Assembly (NCBI GenBank): GCA_937930175.1
Contig: CALGLP010000023.1
Span: 100,872-164,871 of the forward strand
DNA: 64,000 nt
From: an uncultured bacterium
GTDB taxonomy: Bacteria > Omnitrophota > Gorgyraeia > Zapsychrales > Aceulaceae
Reading direction: 5' to 3'
Positions 1 through 10,400 of the stretch are shown piece by piece; within the stretch, counting starts at the first letter, position 1; the number at the start of each line of letters is the position of its first letter. The notes beneath the pieces are model-generated. The model made no database searches. It was not told the DNA's origin and was given only the letters and a program-made list of their open reading frames with translations. The translations under genes and the position numbers were made by a program.

Positions 1-685
1 CAATACTATTGATAAGAAAATTATTACGATTGAAGACCCCGTGGAGTATCAACTTAAAGGTATTACGCAAATCCAGATCCATCCGCACATTGGACTTACC
101 TTCGCCGCTGGATTGCGTTCGATGTTGCGTCATGATCCTGACATTATGATGGTTGGTGAGGTGCGTGATATGGAAACCGCGCAGATTACGGTGCAAGTTG
201 CGCTGACAGGTCATCTTGTTTTCTCAACGTTGCATACCAATGACGCGGCGTCAGCGGTAGCGCGATTGATGGATATGGGTGTTGAGCCCTATTTGATTTC
301 AAGTTCTGCCTTGTGTTTTATTGCTCAGCGACTTGTTCGCTTGCTTTGCCCTCATTGTAAAGTACCTATACCTATGACCGAGCAGCTATTAAAAGAGTTT
401 CATGTGCATAAAGAAGACCTTAAGGGCCTTGTTGTTTACGAGGCTCAAGGATGTAAGGTGTGTAATGGCACTGGCTATCAGGGCCGACATGGCATTTTTG
501 AATTCCTTGTTGTTAATGAAGAGATCCGCAATCTTATCCTCCAAAAAGCCTCCAACACGCAAATCAGCGTTAAAGCCTGCCAGCAGGGGATGAAAACTCT
601 GCGTCAGTCTGGCTGGGAAAAAATCAAGCAAGGCCTTACGAGTCCTAGCGAAGTGATCCGCGTGACCCAAGAAGAAGATCTCTAG
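1..685 (+). CDS. gspE: Type II secretion / type IV pilus assembly ATPase GspE/PilB, C-terminal part. The gene starts upstream of the window.
   Basis: The translation contains the GspE His-box region ([34 protein letters not shown]) and the C-terminal CxxC...CxxC zinc-binding motif (CPHCK...CKVCNGTG). The reading frame is open from nt 1. Confidence 0.85.
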   Translation, partial: NTIDKKIITIEDPVEYQLKGITQIQIHPHIGLTFAAGLRSMLRHDPDIMMVGEVRDMETAQITVQVALTGHLVFSTLHTNDAASAVARLMDMGVEPYLISSSALCFIAQRLVRLLCPHCKVPIPMTEQLLKEFHVHKEDLKGLVVYEAQGCKVCNGTGYQGRHGIFEFLVVNEEIRNLILQKASNTQISVKACQQGMKTLRQSGWEKIKQGLTSPSEVIRVTQEEDL

Positions 686-817
686 TTTTTTCATCGTTTT
701 TCCTGTCTACGGAGAAGATGTGTGCGGTTGCAAGGCGCAACATTGATTCCCAGATTCATTATTTTGCTTTTGAGTTGTCTTGCATCACTTTTCATCGTAT
801 GTTAGAATGACAGCGTT

Positions 818-2047
818 ATGGCAAAATTTTTTTATCGCGCTAAAAAAGGTGTGAGCAACATCGTCGAGGATATTGTGGAAGCGGCCAATATTAACGATGC
901 CGTACTTAAAGTGACACAGCAAGGATATGTCCCTTTAGATCTTGAGCCTTTTGAAGAAAAGAGACGTTCTGTTTCGCACCTTAAGAAGCCTTTCTTTCAT
1001 TTTACATCATCGCCTATTTCTAAAAAGCATGTTGTTGTTTTGACACGTCAACTTTATGATTTAGTTGATGCGGGCATTCCTCTTTTAAGGGCGTTACGCC
1101 TTCTGGCCAAGCAGGATAGCCATTCTTCCATGAAAAAGATGATAGAGGATATTGCGAATTTTGTTCAAGACGGGGGATCTTTGTCGCAAGGGTTGGCGCG
1201 TTATCCCGCGGTATTTTCTTCGTTGTATATTAATTTAACAAAATCCGGGGAAAGCAGCGGACAGCTCAGTAGCGTTCTGGGGCGGCTCGCGGATTTCTTA
1301 GAAAAAGATCAAGAAATTTCTTCTAAGGCCAAGGCTAGCCTGATTTATCCATCGCTTATTTTAAGCGTGGGAGCTGTTACGGTCTTTGTTCTTTTGTCTT
1401 TCGTGATCCCTCGGCTGACAGAGATGTTTGATGAACTTTCTCAGCAGCTTCCATGGCCGACCGTTTTTTTAATTGCCGTTAGTCATTTTTTTGCGCAATT
1501 TTGGTGGGCTATCCTTTTATTTCTTGGTATAGGAGGGTTTTACTTTTTAAGGCTTCAGCAAACCCCACATGTCAGGATCGTTATTGATCGTTTTAAGCTA
1601 AGAATTCCTGTTTTTGGTGAGTTTATTCTAAAACTTGAAATGGTGCGGTTTGCTCAGACGCTAGCCACGCTTTTAGAGGGTGGGGTGAGTATTGTTGAGG
1701 CGATCAAGGGCGTCTCGGCGGTCGTTTCCAATCACGCCTTGCGACAAGAAATTGAAAAGGTGGCCCAAGATGTTGCGGCAGGGTCAAGCTTGACGGAGAG
1801 TTTAAAAACCGTTTCTTTTTTTTCGACAACCGTGATCAATATGATTTTAGTTGGTGAGGAATCAGGCCACATGGAAAAAGCCTTGCAAAAGATTGCCTCC
1901 TCTTATGAGCGCCAGACCGATCAGGTCATCAAGACGATGACCTCTTTGCTTGAGCCCGTGCTGATTGTTTTTATGGGAGCGATCATTGGCTTTATTGTGA
2001 TCGCGATGTTGCTGCCTATTTTTCAGATGAATCTTACGATCCAATAA
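818..2047 (+). CDS. gspF: Type II secretion inner-membrane platform protein GspF/PilC
   Basis: The 409-aa product has the duplicated GspF domain architecture with three TM segments. A GspF-like motif is present (LTKSGESSGQLSSVLGRLADFLE / LVGEESGHMEKALQKIA). It lies immediately downstream of gspE. Confidence 0.85.
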   Translation: MAKFFYRAKKGVSNIVEDIVEAANINDAVLKVTQQGYVPLDLEPFEEKRRSVSHLKKPFFHFTSSPISKKHVVVLTRQLYDLVDAGIPLLRALRLLAKQDSHSSMKKMIEDIANFVQDGGSLSQGLARYPAVFSSLYINLTKSGESSGQLSSVLGRLADFLEKDQEISSKAKASLIYPSLILSVGAVTVFVLLSFVIPRLTEMFDELSQQLPWPTVFLIAVSHFFAQFWWAILLFLGIGGFYFLRLQQTPHVRIVIDRFKLRIPVFGEFILKLEMVRFAQTLATLLEGGVSIVEAIKGVSAVVSNHALRQEIEKVAQDVAAGSSLTESLKTVSFFSTTVINMILVGEESGHMEKALQKIASSYERQTDQVIKTMTSLLEPVLIVFMGAIIGFIVIAMLLPIFQMNLTIQ

Positions 2048-2062
2048 TGAAAGGAAAGCGAT

Positions 2063-2512
2063 ATGAAGAAAGTACGTCAGCTCCACGGATTTACCTTGGT
2101 TGAAATTATGCTTGTTGTTATTATTATTGGTGTCTTGGTCGCCATGGTTGTGCCAAATCTTGCGGGACGCGGTGAGCAGGCTCGTCGGGCAGCTGCGTCG
2201 GCTGATATTGAGTCCAATTTAGCAACGTCTTTGGATTTGTATGAGTTTGACAATGGTCGTTATCCCACCACCGAGCAGGGTCTTGCGGCCTTATTGGTTG
2301 CTCCCACGACGTCTCCGCTGCCTTCAAATTGGAATGGGCCTTATTTGAAAAAAAGAAAAATGCCTAAAGATCCCTGGGGGAAGGAATATCATTATGTATG
2401 TCCAGGGCTTAAGAATACCGACGCCTATGACTTGTCATCGTATGGTTCCGATGGGGTTGAAGGTAATGATGATGTGACGAATTGGACTCAAGAGCAAAAA
2501 CAAACTCCGTGA
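2063..2512 (+). CDS. gspG: Major pseudopilin GspG
   Basis: The prepilin N-terminus (MKKVRQLHG|FTLVEIMLVVIIIGVL) has G at -1, F at +1 and E at +5. The GspG core (AAASADIESNLATSLDLYEFDNGRYPTTEQGLAAL) is present. RBS aaaggaa precedes the start. Confidence 0.85.
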   Translation: MKKVRQLHGFTLVEIMLVVIIIGVLVAMVVPNLAGRGEQARRAAASADIESNLATSLDLYEFDNGRYPTTEQGLAALLVAPTTSPLPSNWNGPYLKKRKMPKDPWGKEYHYVCPGLKNTDAYDLSSYGSDGVEGNDDVTNWTQEQKQTP

Positions 2513-3075
2513 AACGTGAGCGTTTATTTATTGGGCGAGGTTTTCTTTGCGAGGCCCAAAAGCGTGCTTTTACCATGATCGAGCTTCTTTTGGTTGTAGC
2601 TTTGATGGTGGTAATGGCGGGGCTTGCGATCCCCAATTTCTCCAAGCATTTCTCTTCCCTGGGATTTGATCAGACTACGAAGCATGTCAGCTACTTGATG
2701 CGTTATGCGCAAAGCCTAGCGATCGTTCATCAGAAAGAATATCAAATTTGTTTTTCTTCCGATTACGCGCAATATTGGCTTGAGGAAGAAAGCTTGCTCC
2801 AGGATACGAGCGCTCCTCAACCCGTTTTGAAAAAAGATGCGGGGACGGGGTTTCAAAAAGTTGCTGGAGAGAAAGGAAGGGTCTTTTTTGTTCCCTCGGG
2901 TATTAGTGTGGAAGCAGAAAAGACGGCGATCCGTTTTTATCCTGATGGAACGATTGACAGAATGAGAATAATCTTTAAAAGCGCAAATCGAAAAGAGATT
3001 GTTGTTTCGACGCAAGAACGTCGGGGGCAAATTGATGTTTTTTCATCAGCAGAGCAAATCCAAAGTCCACAATAG
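2509..3075 (+). CDS. Minor pseudopilin, GspH-like
   Basis: Prepilin-type N-terminus (...QKRA|FTMIELLLVVALMVVMAGLAIP) with E at +5 and Ala at -1. The likely start is a GTG overlapping the gspG stop. The ORF track begins at 2482, but that start overlaps gspG. Confidence 0.55.
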   Translation: MKRERLFIGRGFLCEAQKRAFTMIELLLVVALMVVMAGLAIPNFSKHFSSLGFDQTTKHVSYLMRYAQSLAIVHQKEYQICFSSDYAQYWLEEESLLQDTSAPQPVLKKDAGTGFQKVAGEKGRVFFVPSGISVEAEKTAIRFYPDGTIDRMRIIFKSANRKEIVVSTQERRGQIDVFSSAEQIQSPQ

Positions 3076-3448
3076 AGCCCGAGGCTCATTTTTGCTGGAG
3101 GCCTTGATCGCGGTTTCCATCCTTGCGATCAGCCTTGTTATTATTATTCGTTCTCACATGGTCGCGCTTCAGGCGCAGGTTTTTGCGAAAGATTACGCGC
3201 TAGCGACTTTGCTTCTTGAGCGTGAACTAACCGAGGTCATTGAGACGGGTTATTTTGCGAGTGATATCAGTAAGGAAAAGAAGCTTGATAAGCCTTATGA
3301 ACGTTTTACCTTTTCGTTACATACGGCTCCTGCGGGCAGGGAAGAGGTTTTGGATAAATTAAACGAAGTTGAGTTGACCTTGGCCTGGAAACAGGGAACC
3401 AAGCTTCATAAACTTTCTGTTGTGACGTTTGTTTTTGATAAAGAGTAA
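3035..3448 (+). CDS. Minor pseudopilin, GspI-like
   Basis: Prepilin N-terminus (HNRARG|SFLLEALIAVSILAISLVIII) with G at -1 and E at +5. Its small size (~137 aa) is typical of GspI. Confidence 0.55.
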   Translation: MFFHQQSKSKVHNRARGSFLLEALIAVSILAISLVIIIRSHMVALQAQVFAKDYALATLLLERELTEVIETGYFASDISKEKKLDKPYERFTFSLHTAPAGREEVLDKLNEVELTLAWKQGTKLHKLSVVTFVFDKE

Positions 3449-3455
3449 GGCCTCT

Positions 3456-4181
3456 ATGAAAAGATATGCGAAAACACAATACGCGTTTACATTTGTAGAA
3501 ACTCTTTTGGGGTTTCTTATTTTTTCTATCGTAGCGCTTGTTTTGTACAGCACGTTCTTTAGTGGGCTTAAGATCCAGCAGCGCTCTCATGATGATACCG
3601 CGATGTATCATGAAGTGAAGATGGCCCTGGACATGATGGGGCGCGAGCTTGAGCAGGCCATGGCGTTTGATTTTTCTAAGATGTCGTCGGATCTTAAAGA
3701 TTTTGAGCCTACAGCGCAGAGCATCTCTTTTCTCATGGCTGATCGCCATGGCGCCATCAAGAGGATCAGCTATTATTTAGAAGATAAGGACAGGGTTCAA
3801 ATTTTTAAGACATTAATCGGAGAGCATTATCAAAATAATGTTTCCGTTGTTAATGTAAAGCAAGAACAGATTCCGTCGGTCGTTTTGATGCGCAGGGAAG
3901 AGCCTTTTGCCGATTTTATCGCCGGCGCCCATACTTCACACGAGCGCCAAGAAGTATTGCTTGATCATGTTGAACCTAAATCATTTCGGTTTCTTTATGC
4001 CCTTGGACTCGCGGAAGACAAGACTTCTCTTGCGTGGCAGGAGACCTGGGATAAAGAATATATCCCTGCTTTTATTCGCCTTGAGATGACGCTGATTCCC
4101 TCGCAGCCTAAGGAAAAGCCGCTAATGATCAAAAAAGATATCTATATCCCAACAGGATCTTGGGAGGAAACGTCTTCATGA
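3456..4181 (+). CDS. Minor pseudopilin, GspJ-like
   Basis: Prepilin N-terminus (MKRYAKTQYA|FTFVETLLGFLIFSIVALV) with E at +5 and Ala at -1. The ~240-aa product is consistent with GspJ. The ATG at 3456 follows the gspI stop. Confidence 0.55.
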   Translation: MKRYAKTQYAFTFVETLLGFLIFSIVALVLYSTFFSGLKIQQRSHDDTAMYHEVKMALDMMGRELEQAMAFDFSKMSSDLKDFEPTAQSISFLMADRHGAIKRISYYLEDKDRVQIFKTLIGEHYQNNVSVVNVKQEQIPSVVLMRREEPFADFIAGAHTSHERQEVLLDHVEPKSFRFLYALGLAEDKTSLAWQETWDKEYIPAFIRLEMTLIPSQPKEKPLMIKKDIYIPTGSWEETSS

Positions 4182-5257
4182 AATTTACAGGGTTTTGTTT
4201 GAGGCGTGATAATAAATCTGGCATAATATTGATAGTTGTTCTTTGGGTGTTGGCGATTTTGTCTGTCTTGGCCATCGGGCTTGGCCGCGGCGCACGCATT
4301 GATTTAGGCTTGGCCAGGCATGTGGTTGGCAAGCTCAAGGCCGAAGGTTTGGTGCAAGCTGCTGTGACCTATGCGCAGAATCAAATTAGCCTTAAGGCTG
4401 ATAAAGAAGCAACAAAGCCTTTAGTCGGCGATACCCTTTATCAGTGTGGTTTTTATTTGCCAGAGGGTAAAACCTCAGAAGATCTTTTTAAGAATGTTAG
4501 CTTAAAGGATGGTTCTTTTGATATTAGCTATGTCTTGGAGGATCGTTTAGGTAAGAAAGAGATTTGCTATGGGTTTCAGGATGAAGAGCGACGGATCAAT
4601 GTCAATGGTATCACGAGAGAAAATCAAGGCATTCTCGTCAATCTTTTTCTGCTGCTCAATGTGCCCGAAGAACAAGCAACGGCACTCGCCGGTGAAATTG
4701 TATCTTGGAGCTTAGGCCCGGAATCTGTTGGTAGTGGGGCAGGAGAGGGCGATGACATAGGAAAGGTGCAGTCTCTTGAGCATAAGGGGTTGCCGTTTCA
4801 AAATATTGAGGAGCTTTTGCTTGTTAAGGGCATGACAGAAGATATTTTTAAAAAGGTTAAGGACTATTTAACTGTTTTTCCACAAGATGGCGCAGGCGTT
4901 AATATCAACACTGCGTCGGAGATTGTTTTGAGGGCGCTGTTTCGTTTCGTTGTGGAAAAAGACACCAATTATGAAATGACGGCGGCAGATAATGTGGCTC
5001 GGGCAATTCTTTTGTATCGCCAAGGGGATGACGGGCGATCGTGTACCTTCGATGATCGCGTGATCGAGGATGCGAAGATAGGTGAATTTCTTTCGAGTGG
5101 GAGCGAACAGTCTATTTATAATGGATTGTCCAATAAAGTACAGAATTCTCAGTATTTTCGCGTGCATATTCAAGGCAGGGATAAACAATATGGTGTTTCT
5201 TCCCGGGTGGAAACAGTTATCAACAAGGACAGTATTCTTTTTTGGAAGCGACAATAA
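4178..5257 (+). CDS. Minor pseudopilin, GspK-like
   Basis: The N-terminus (GIILIVVLWVLAILSVLAIGLG) matches the GspK signature, which lacks the +5 Glu. The ~360-aa size fits. The ATG overlaps the gspJ stop (ATGA). Confidence 0.6.
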   Translation: MKFTGFCLRRDNKSGIILIVVLWVLAILSVLAIGLGRGARIDLGLARHVVGKLKAEGLVQAAVTYAQNQISLKADKEATKPLVGDTLYQCGFYLPEGKTSEDLFKNVSLKDGSFDISYVLEDRLGKKEICYGFQDEERRINVNGITRENQGILVNLFLLLNVPEEQATALAGEIVSWSLGPESVGSGAGEGDDIGKVQSLEHKGLPFQNIEELLLVKGMTEDIFKKVKDYLTVFPQDGAGVNINTASEIVLRALFRFVVEKDTNYEMTAADNVARAILLYRQGDDGRSCTFDDRVIEDAKIGEFLSSGSEQSIYNGLSNKVQNSQYFRVHIQGRDKQYGVSSRVETVINKDSILFWKRQ

Positions 5258-6703
5258 ATGAAACGCAAAGATCTTCTTATTTTTGAAATCATAGAAAATC
5301 AGCTTAGGGTTTTGCGGGCAAAATTCCTCTCGGACCAATCCTTGCATGTTGTGAGTTTCCATGTGTTTCCCTTGGAGCAGCCGCAGCGGGAGAACTTTCC
5401 TAAGATATTGTCATCGTTTCTCACTGCCAAGGATAAGCGAAGTCAGGTCATTGCTGTCATTGCGCGCAATCAGGTGATCCTTAAGAACTTTTCTTTTCCT
5501 TCGCATTCTAAAGACGAGCTGCGAAAAATGATCACGTTGCAGATGGTGGCCCAGGTTCCCTATGCGCGTGAAGATATTGTTTTTGATTATAATGTCTTGG
5601 GCCAAGATTCTCGAGGGTATACCAGTGTTTTAAGCGCTGTTGTTCATAAGGAAGCTATTGATGATCTTTTTAAGATGTTTAAGTCTGCAGGACTTACGAT
5701 CCACCAACTTGTTTTGAGCTCAAGCAGTATTGTCCGTTGGTTTTATGCGCAACAGCCGCAGCAAATAAAAAATGAGCATGCGATCACGGGTATCTTGAAT
5801 ATTGACCCGGCGCGCAGTGAATTTTGTTTTGCCCGCAAGGGGCAGCTTTTGTATGCGCGAGATATCAAATATGGCCAGCGTGATTTGGGAGCGGATACCC
5901 AAGATCTTTTCTTAAAAGACATTCTCCTGACCCTTGAAACATATGCCCGTGACCATGCTAGGGATGTTATTGATCATATGACGATTCTTGCTCCGGTGCA
6001 GATTCAGGGTCTTTTGCGTGAGAAGTTTCAGGCGCAGAGAAATATTATTGTGGATTTTGTTGACCCCTATGCGTCGATTACAGACTCTAAGAATGTGTCG
6101 ATGATGGAGGTTTTGCAAGCAGGGCATTTGTCTCCGGTTGTTTGTCTTGGTGCGGCACAGGAAAGTCATAAAATTTCTTTGAATCTTCTTCCTGAGGACG
6201 TGAGGAAAAGCCAAAGGGCAACAGCGCAAAAATGGCAGTTGGCTCAGCTCTTTGTTTTAGTTTTGATTAACGTTGCTTTATTTTTTTCTGTTTCTTTTCG
6301 GGCTTTGTATCAAGACCAGGCGCAGCTTAGTGATCTCAAAAAGCAGGTCGTTGAGATGCGGTCGCGTGTTGATGCTATTAATCGCCAGAGTGAAAAGCTT
6401 AAGCAAATTCAAGCGCATTTTCAGCCCCAAGGATCCGCGGTGGATATTATTTATCATCTTTATGACATGACTCCTAAGGAAATCTCTTTTCAGCTGTTGT
6501 ATCTTGATCGTGATAATAATTTGACCATTCAGGGGATCGCGGAAACGCGCTCGAGCGTCAATGATTTCAACCGTAGCTTGACAAAAAATCCTTTGTTTAA
6601 AGATGTGAGTCTGCAGTATGCGGCCCAGCGAAGATTTTTTGAGGGTGAGTTGACGGATTTTAAAATAACCGCGGTTGTTAATGACGCCAAGGAGCCCCAA
6701 TGA
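5258..6703 (+). CDS. GspL-like assembly protein: PilM-like cytoplasmic actin-fold domain, one TM segment, and a PilN-like periplasmic coiled-coil domain
   Basis: The 481-aa product has a single central TM (LAQLFVLVLINVALFFSVSF). A coiled-coil region follows it (QDQAQLSDLKKQVVEMRSRVDAINRQSEKLKQIQ). The gene sits between gspK and gspM. Confidence 0.5.
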   Translation: MKRKDLLIFEIIENQLRVLRAKFLSDQSLHVVSFHVFPLEQPQRENFPKILSSFLTAKDKRSQVIAVIARNQVILKNFSFPSHSKDELRKMITLQMVAQVPYAREDIVFDYNVLGQDSRGYTSVLSAVVHKEAIDDLFKMFKSAGLTIHQLVLSSSSIVRWFYAQQPQQIKNEHAITGILNIDPARSEFCFARKGQLLYARDIKYGQRDLGADTQDLFLKDILLTLETYARDHARDVIDHMTILAPVQIQGLLREKFQAQRNIIVDFVDPYASITDSKNVSMMEVLQAGHLSPVVCLGAAQESHKISLNLLPEDVRKSQRATAQKWQLAQLFVLVLINVALFFSVSFRALYQDQAQLSDLKKQVVEMRSRVDAINRQSEKLKQIQAHFQPQGSAVDIIYHLYDMTPKEISFQLLYLDRDNNLTIQGIAETRSSVNDFNRSLTKNPLFKDVSLQYAAQRRFFEGELTDFKITAVVNDAKEPQ

Positions 6704-7233
6704 CGCATCGCTCTTTTTCCAATCGCGAAAAAAGTATTTTTGTCCTTTGCGTCATAATTGTTGGTTTTTACCTTGTCTACTATTTTGGTTATCAGCAGAT
6801 GAAGGGTGACTTGGTTGCACAGCAAGAGTTGATCCTAGAAGGAAAAAAAGATTTAAGAAAATACAGCCGTATTTTGCGCGAAGAAGAGCCTATCCGTCAA
6901 AAGCTGAAAAGTTACGAGGATCTTTTTAAGCAGCAATCCTCCGACGAAGGAGAGAGGACGCGGATTCTTTCTGACATTGAGGCTGTTGCCCAAAAGGCTT
7001 CGATCAAGATCACCAACATGGAGCCGGGGCGCATGAAGAAACAGGATTTCTATAATTATTTTTCAGTGAGTGTTCAGACTCAAAGTTCTTTAAAGAAAAT
7101 CTGTGCGTTTCTCTACGCTTTAGAAGACAAGCCCTATCTTTTTCATATCGATGAAATGAGACTTGAAAAATATTCGATCCAGGCTGAGGAGCTCAAGTGC
7201 CAGTTTACGATCAGCCGATCCCTTCTTCCGTAA
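6700..7233 (+). CDS. GspM/PilO-like bitopic inner-membrane protein
   Basis: The 177-aa product has an N-terminal TM (IFVLCVIIVGFYLVYYF) followed by a coiled-coil. Its start overlaps the gspL stop (ATGA). Confidence 0.4.
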   Translation: MTHRSFSNREKSIFVLCVIIVGFYLVYYFGYQQMKGDLVAQQELILEGKKDLRKYSRILREEEPIRQKLKSYEDLFKQQSSDEGERTRILSDIEAVAQKASIKITNMEPGRMKKQDFYNYFSVSVQTQSSLKKICAFLYALEDKPYLFHIDEMRLEKYSIQAEELKCQFTISRSLLP

Positions 7234-7474
7234 GATTTTTTTATTGTTTTTCCAAAAATAACCAATTTAGCTTCGTCCTTTGTAGAAGCACAGAGCCTTT
7301 CTTCGGGTTTTTTTCAGAAACCTTGTTTCTCCTCTTTTTTAGTTTTCGTTTAAATTATTCCTAATGTTCTTCTTGTTTACGCTTTTTCCGTCGATGAAAG
7401 CGCTTTCCCCAAATGCCTCAAACCCCCTTGTTTTCTCTTATATATATTACATACTTTAAGTATAAGAAGTAGTA

Positions 7475-10400
7475 GTGCAAAACAGGGTAGGGCATATGAT
7501 AAAGAGTATAAAAACTTATAAGAATTCTCTTTTATACAAAGCCATCATTTTGTGCCTTTTGTTCTCTTTTGGGCTCATGAGCATTGCTCCTCAAGAAGCC
7601 TTGTCTCAAACCCTGGCACCAGCTATTAGTAATACCCTCATCCCCTTAAGCCCGGCTTTCACACCTACCCTGGTTCGTGGAATACGTGTCTACCCTGACA
7701 ATCCCCTGAAGTTCGACTTTATTGTCGATTCTGGTGATTCCGGGCTTCAAGGGGATGAGTTAAAGAGCGAAAGCGAAAAGCTTATCCGCTACTTCCTGGC
7801 AAGTCTTACTCTTCCAGAGAATGATCTCTGGGTCAACCTTTCTCCCTATGAAAAAGACCGCATCGTTCCAGCAGAGCTTGGGACTACCGAGATGGGTATT
7901 GATATGCTTGCCCAAGACTATCTCTTAAAGCAAATAACTGCCTCTTTAACCAATCCTGATAGTGATCTTGGTAAAGAATTCTGGCAAAAGATTTACAAGC
8001 AATCCTATGAGAAATTCGGGACAACGAACGTTCCTGTCGACACCTTTAACAAGGTCTGGATCATGCCCGATAAGGCTGAAGTCTACGTTCAAGAGGATAA
8101 GGCCTTTGTCGTTGAATCGCGATTAAAAGTGATGTTAGAACAGGATTACCTCGCGATTCAACAAGCTCATAGCTCATCGCTCATAGCTGATAGCAAAACC
8201 AGCGAGCCAAGAGCCAAGAGCCAAGAGCTCGCCTCCCAGATTGTTAGGGAGGTTTTTATCCCTGTCCTTGAGAAAGAAGTCAATGAAGGCAAGAACTTTG
8301 CCCAGCTAAGGCAGATCTACAACAGCATTATCTTAAGCTACTGGTATAAGACGAATCTCAAGAACTCAATACTGAATAAGGTGTATGCGGATAAGAGAAA
8401 GGTTAAAGGACTAGAAGTCGTGAATAGTGAAAAGTATCTAGTATCTAGCCAAAAAAGCAATGAAGAGTCGTTAGAAAATGGCGAAGAAAAGCACCGGATA
8501 CTAGATACCAGATACCCTTCACAAACTCAGAATAATTCTTCTCTAGATACTATTCACTCTTCACCAGATACTGTTCAAATCATTTACCAACAATACCTCC
8601 AAACCTTTAAAAAAGGCGTTTGCAATATGATGAAGGTCGAGTATGACCCTTACACCAAGAAGAACATCCCCCGGAAATACTTTGCGGGAGGGGTGACGAC
8701 AGGAGACATAGAGAAGGTTTACAAAGAGACCGGCGCCCCGACCGCTGGCAGCGCACTTATTCGTAATTTTAAGAAAGCTACTTTAATAACGCTTATTTCT
8801 TTAATGCTTTTATCAGATCCTGTCCAGGCAAATATGGCAGCTGATGCTAATAAGAAAATGATTGAAGATATCATCGAAATGTTTGAAGAATCTCTTGGTC
8901 CAGAGAAGGCAAAAGAAATTGCCTATGATTATGTCAATACAAATCCAGAACTACGAGATAAGCTTCTTGCTGATGCGATCGCCAAGGCTCTTCGACCACC
9001 TGACGGGACTATTGATCTTGTTGGCATGCCAGAAGATTTTGAGGATCAAGAAATACCAGCTCCAGGGATCAATCTTGGCCGCTTTTCTTCTTTGGAATTT
9101 GATCATAATTCGTTTTCGCAAGATGCACCAAAAATAGAAAGGGATTCACTGAGAGAGGATGCCATGGCAAATGGAGAGATTGTCGATCGTCAAATAATTA
9201 TGTTGCCAGATGGCAGCAAAGTAACAATTGATTTTCTGCCATATTATTATCCTCCGGGTGGTCGTGTTGGGTCTATTGTAGACGAAAATTATATTGAGTT
9301 ATATCTCAGCGTATTCTTTGATGATATTGAAAATATTTCTATTGATATGCAGGATCCAAATAGTTTCTTAGGGTCCTTTTTAAATAAAGATTTGTTTTCG
9401 TCGAAAGAAGGAAAACTTGCTTTCCTGAAAGAGTGGATACGAACAGTCATGATTTATGAAATAACTAATGTTAATAGAAAAAAAGATCAATTTGAAGATA
9501 ACAAATTTCCAGATCTTGATAAATTGCTTGATCATTACCGTGTTCCCTATGGTAACCGTTCTTATCAGACTGCTGAAGCATTTGAGGCCTATTTGGCTAT
9601 GCTAGCATCAAGCCGAGATGCCAAAATGGTTATGGCGCAACTCTTTTTGTCAGAAATGCAAATACGAACTCCAATCCATTATGCGTCCAAGATGATCCTA
9701 AGAGAAATATTAGATACCTTAGGGTATAAAAAGTTTGTCTTCGCAAAAGAAAAGGAATTTTCTGAAAATACTGAAGAATCTATTGAGAAAGCATATATCA
9801 AGGGAGAGTATTTTCATGATTATGAAATGCTGTCAGAATTTATGCAGTTGCTTAAGGATAGCGAAATTATTCAAGCGGCAAAAGATTTGCATCGGAAAAT
9901 TTTCAACAAAGAAGCTTACAATATCGACGACTATATTTTTTCATTTATTAAGCAGTATTTTGATGAACAATGGCCTTCCAAAGACCTGTATCCTTTTAAT
10001 AATGACACCATTAATTATGAAAATCTTTCTGCGAATGAATTTCGAGAAATACTACAAAAGGCAATCAACCAATTTTCTGATGGATTTTGGACCTATAGCC
10101 CTTTCAATGAAGAACAAAAACCTGAATTATTTTTAAATATTATCAAGAAATCTCCGGTCCTTGGCCTTCAGAATTTCGGGATTGCTTTCCGCTCACTGAA
10201 CAGCAATAAAACAAGAAGGGAATTTGCTGATGGGTTGATGCTTATTTTTGAAAATAATCCTGAAATTGTTTCAACATATGCGGTTGATATTGTTGTGAAT
10301 AATTTAGATTTTTTTATGGATAAAGCATCTGGATTTAACAACAACCTCAAGAAAACACCTGAATACGAGAAAATACCGATTTTCATTTCTTCACTGAGAA

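Noticed and set aside
7234-7474. Possible terminator hairpin after gspM (around gaagcacagagcctttcttcggg)
   Set aside because: Only 4–5 bp of pairing. It was not convincing enough to annotate.
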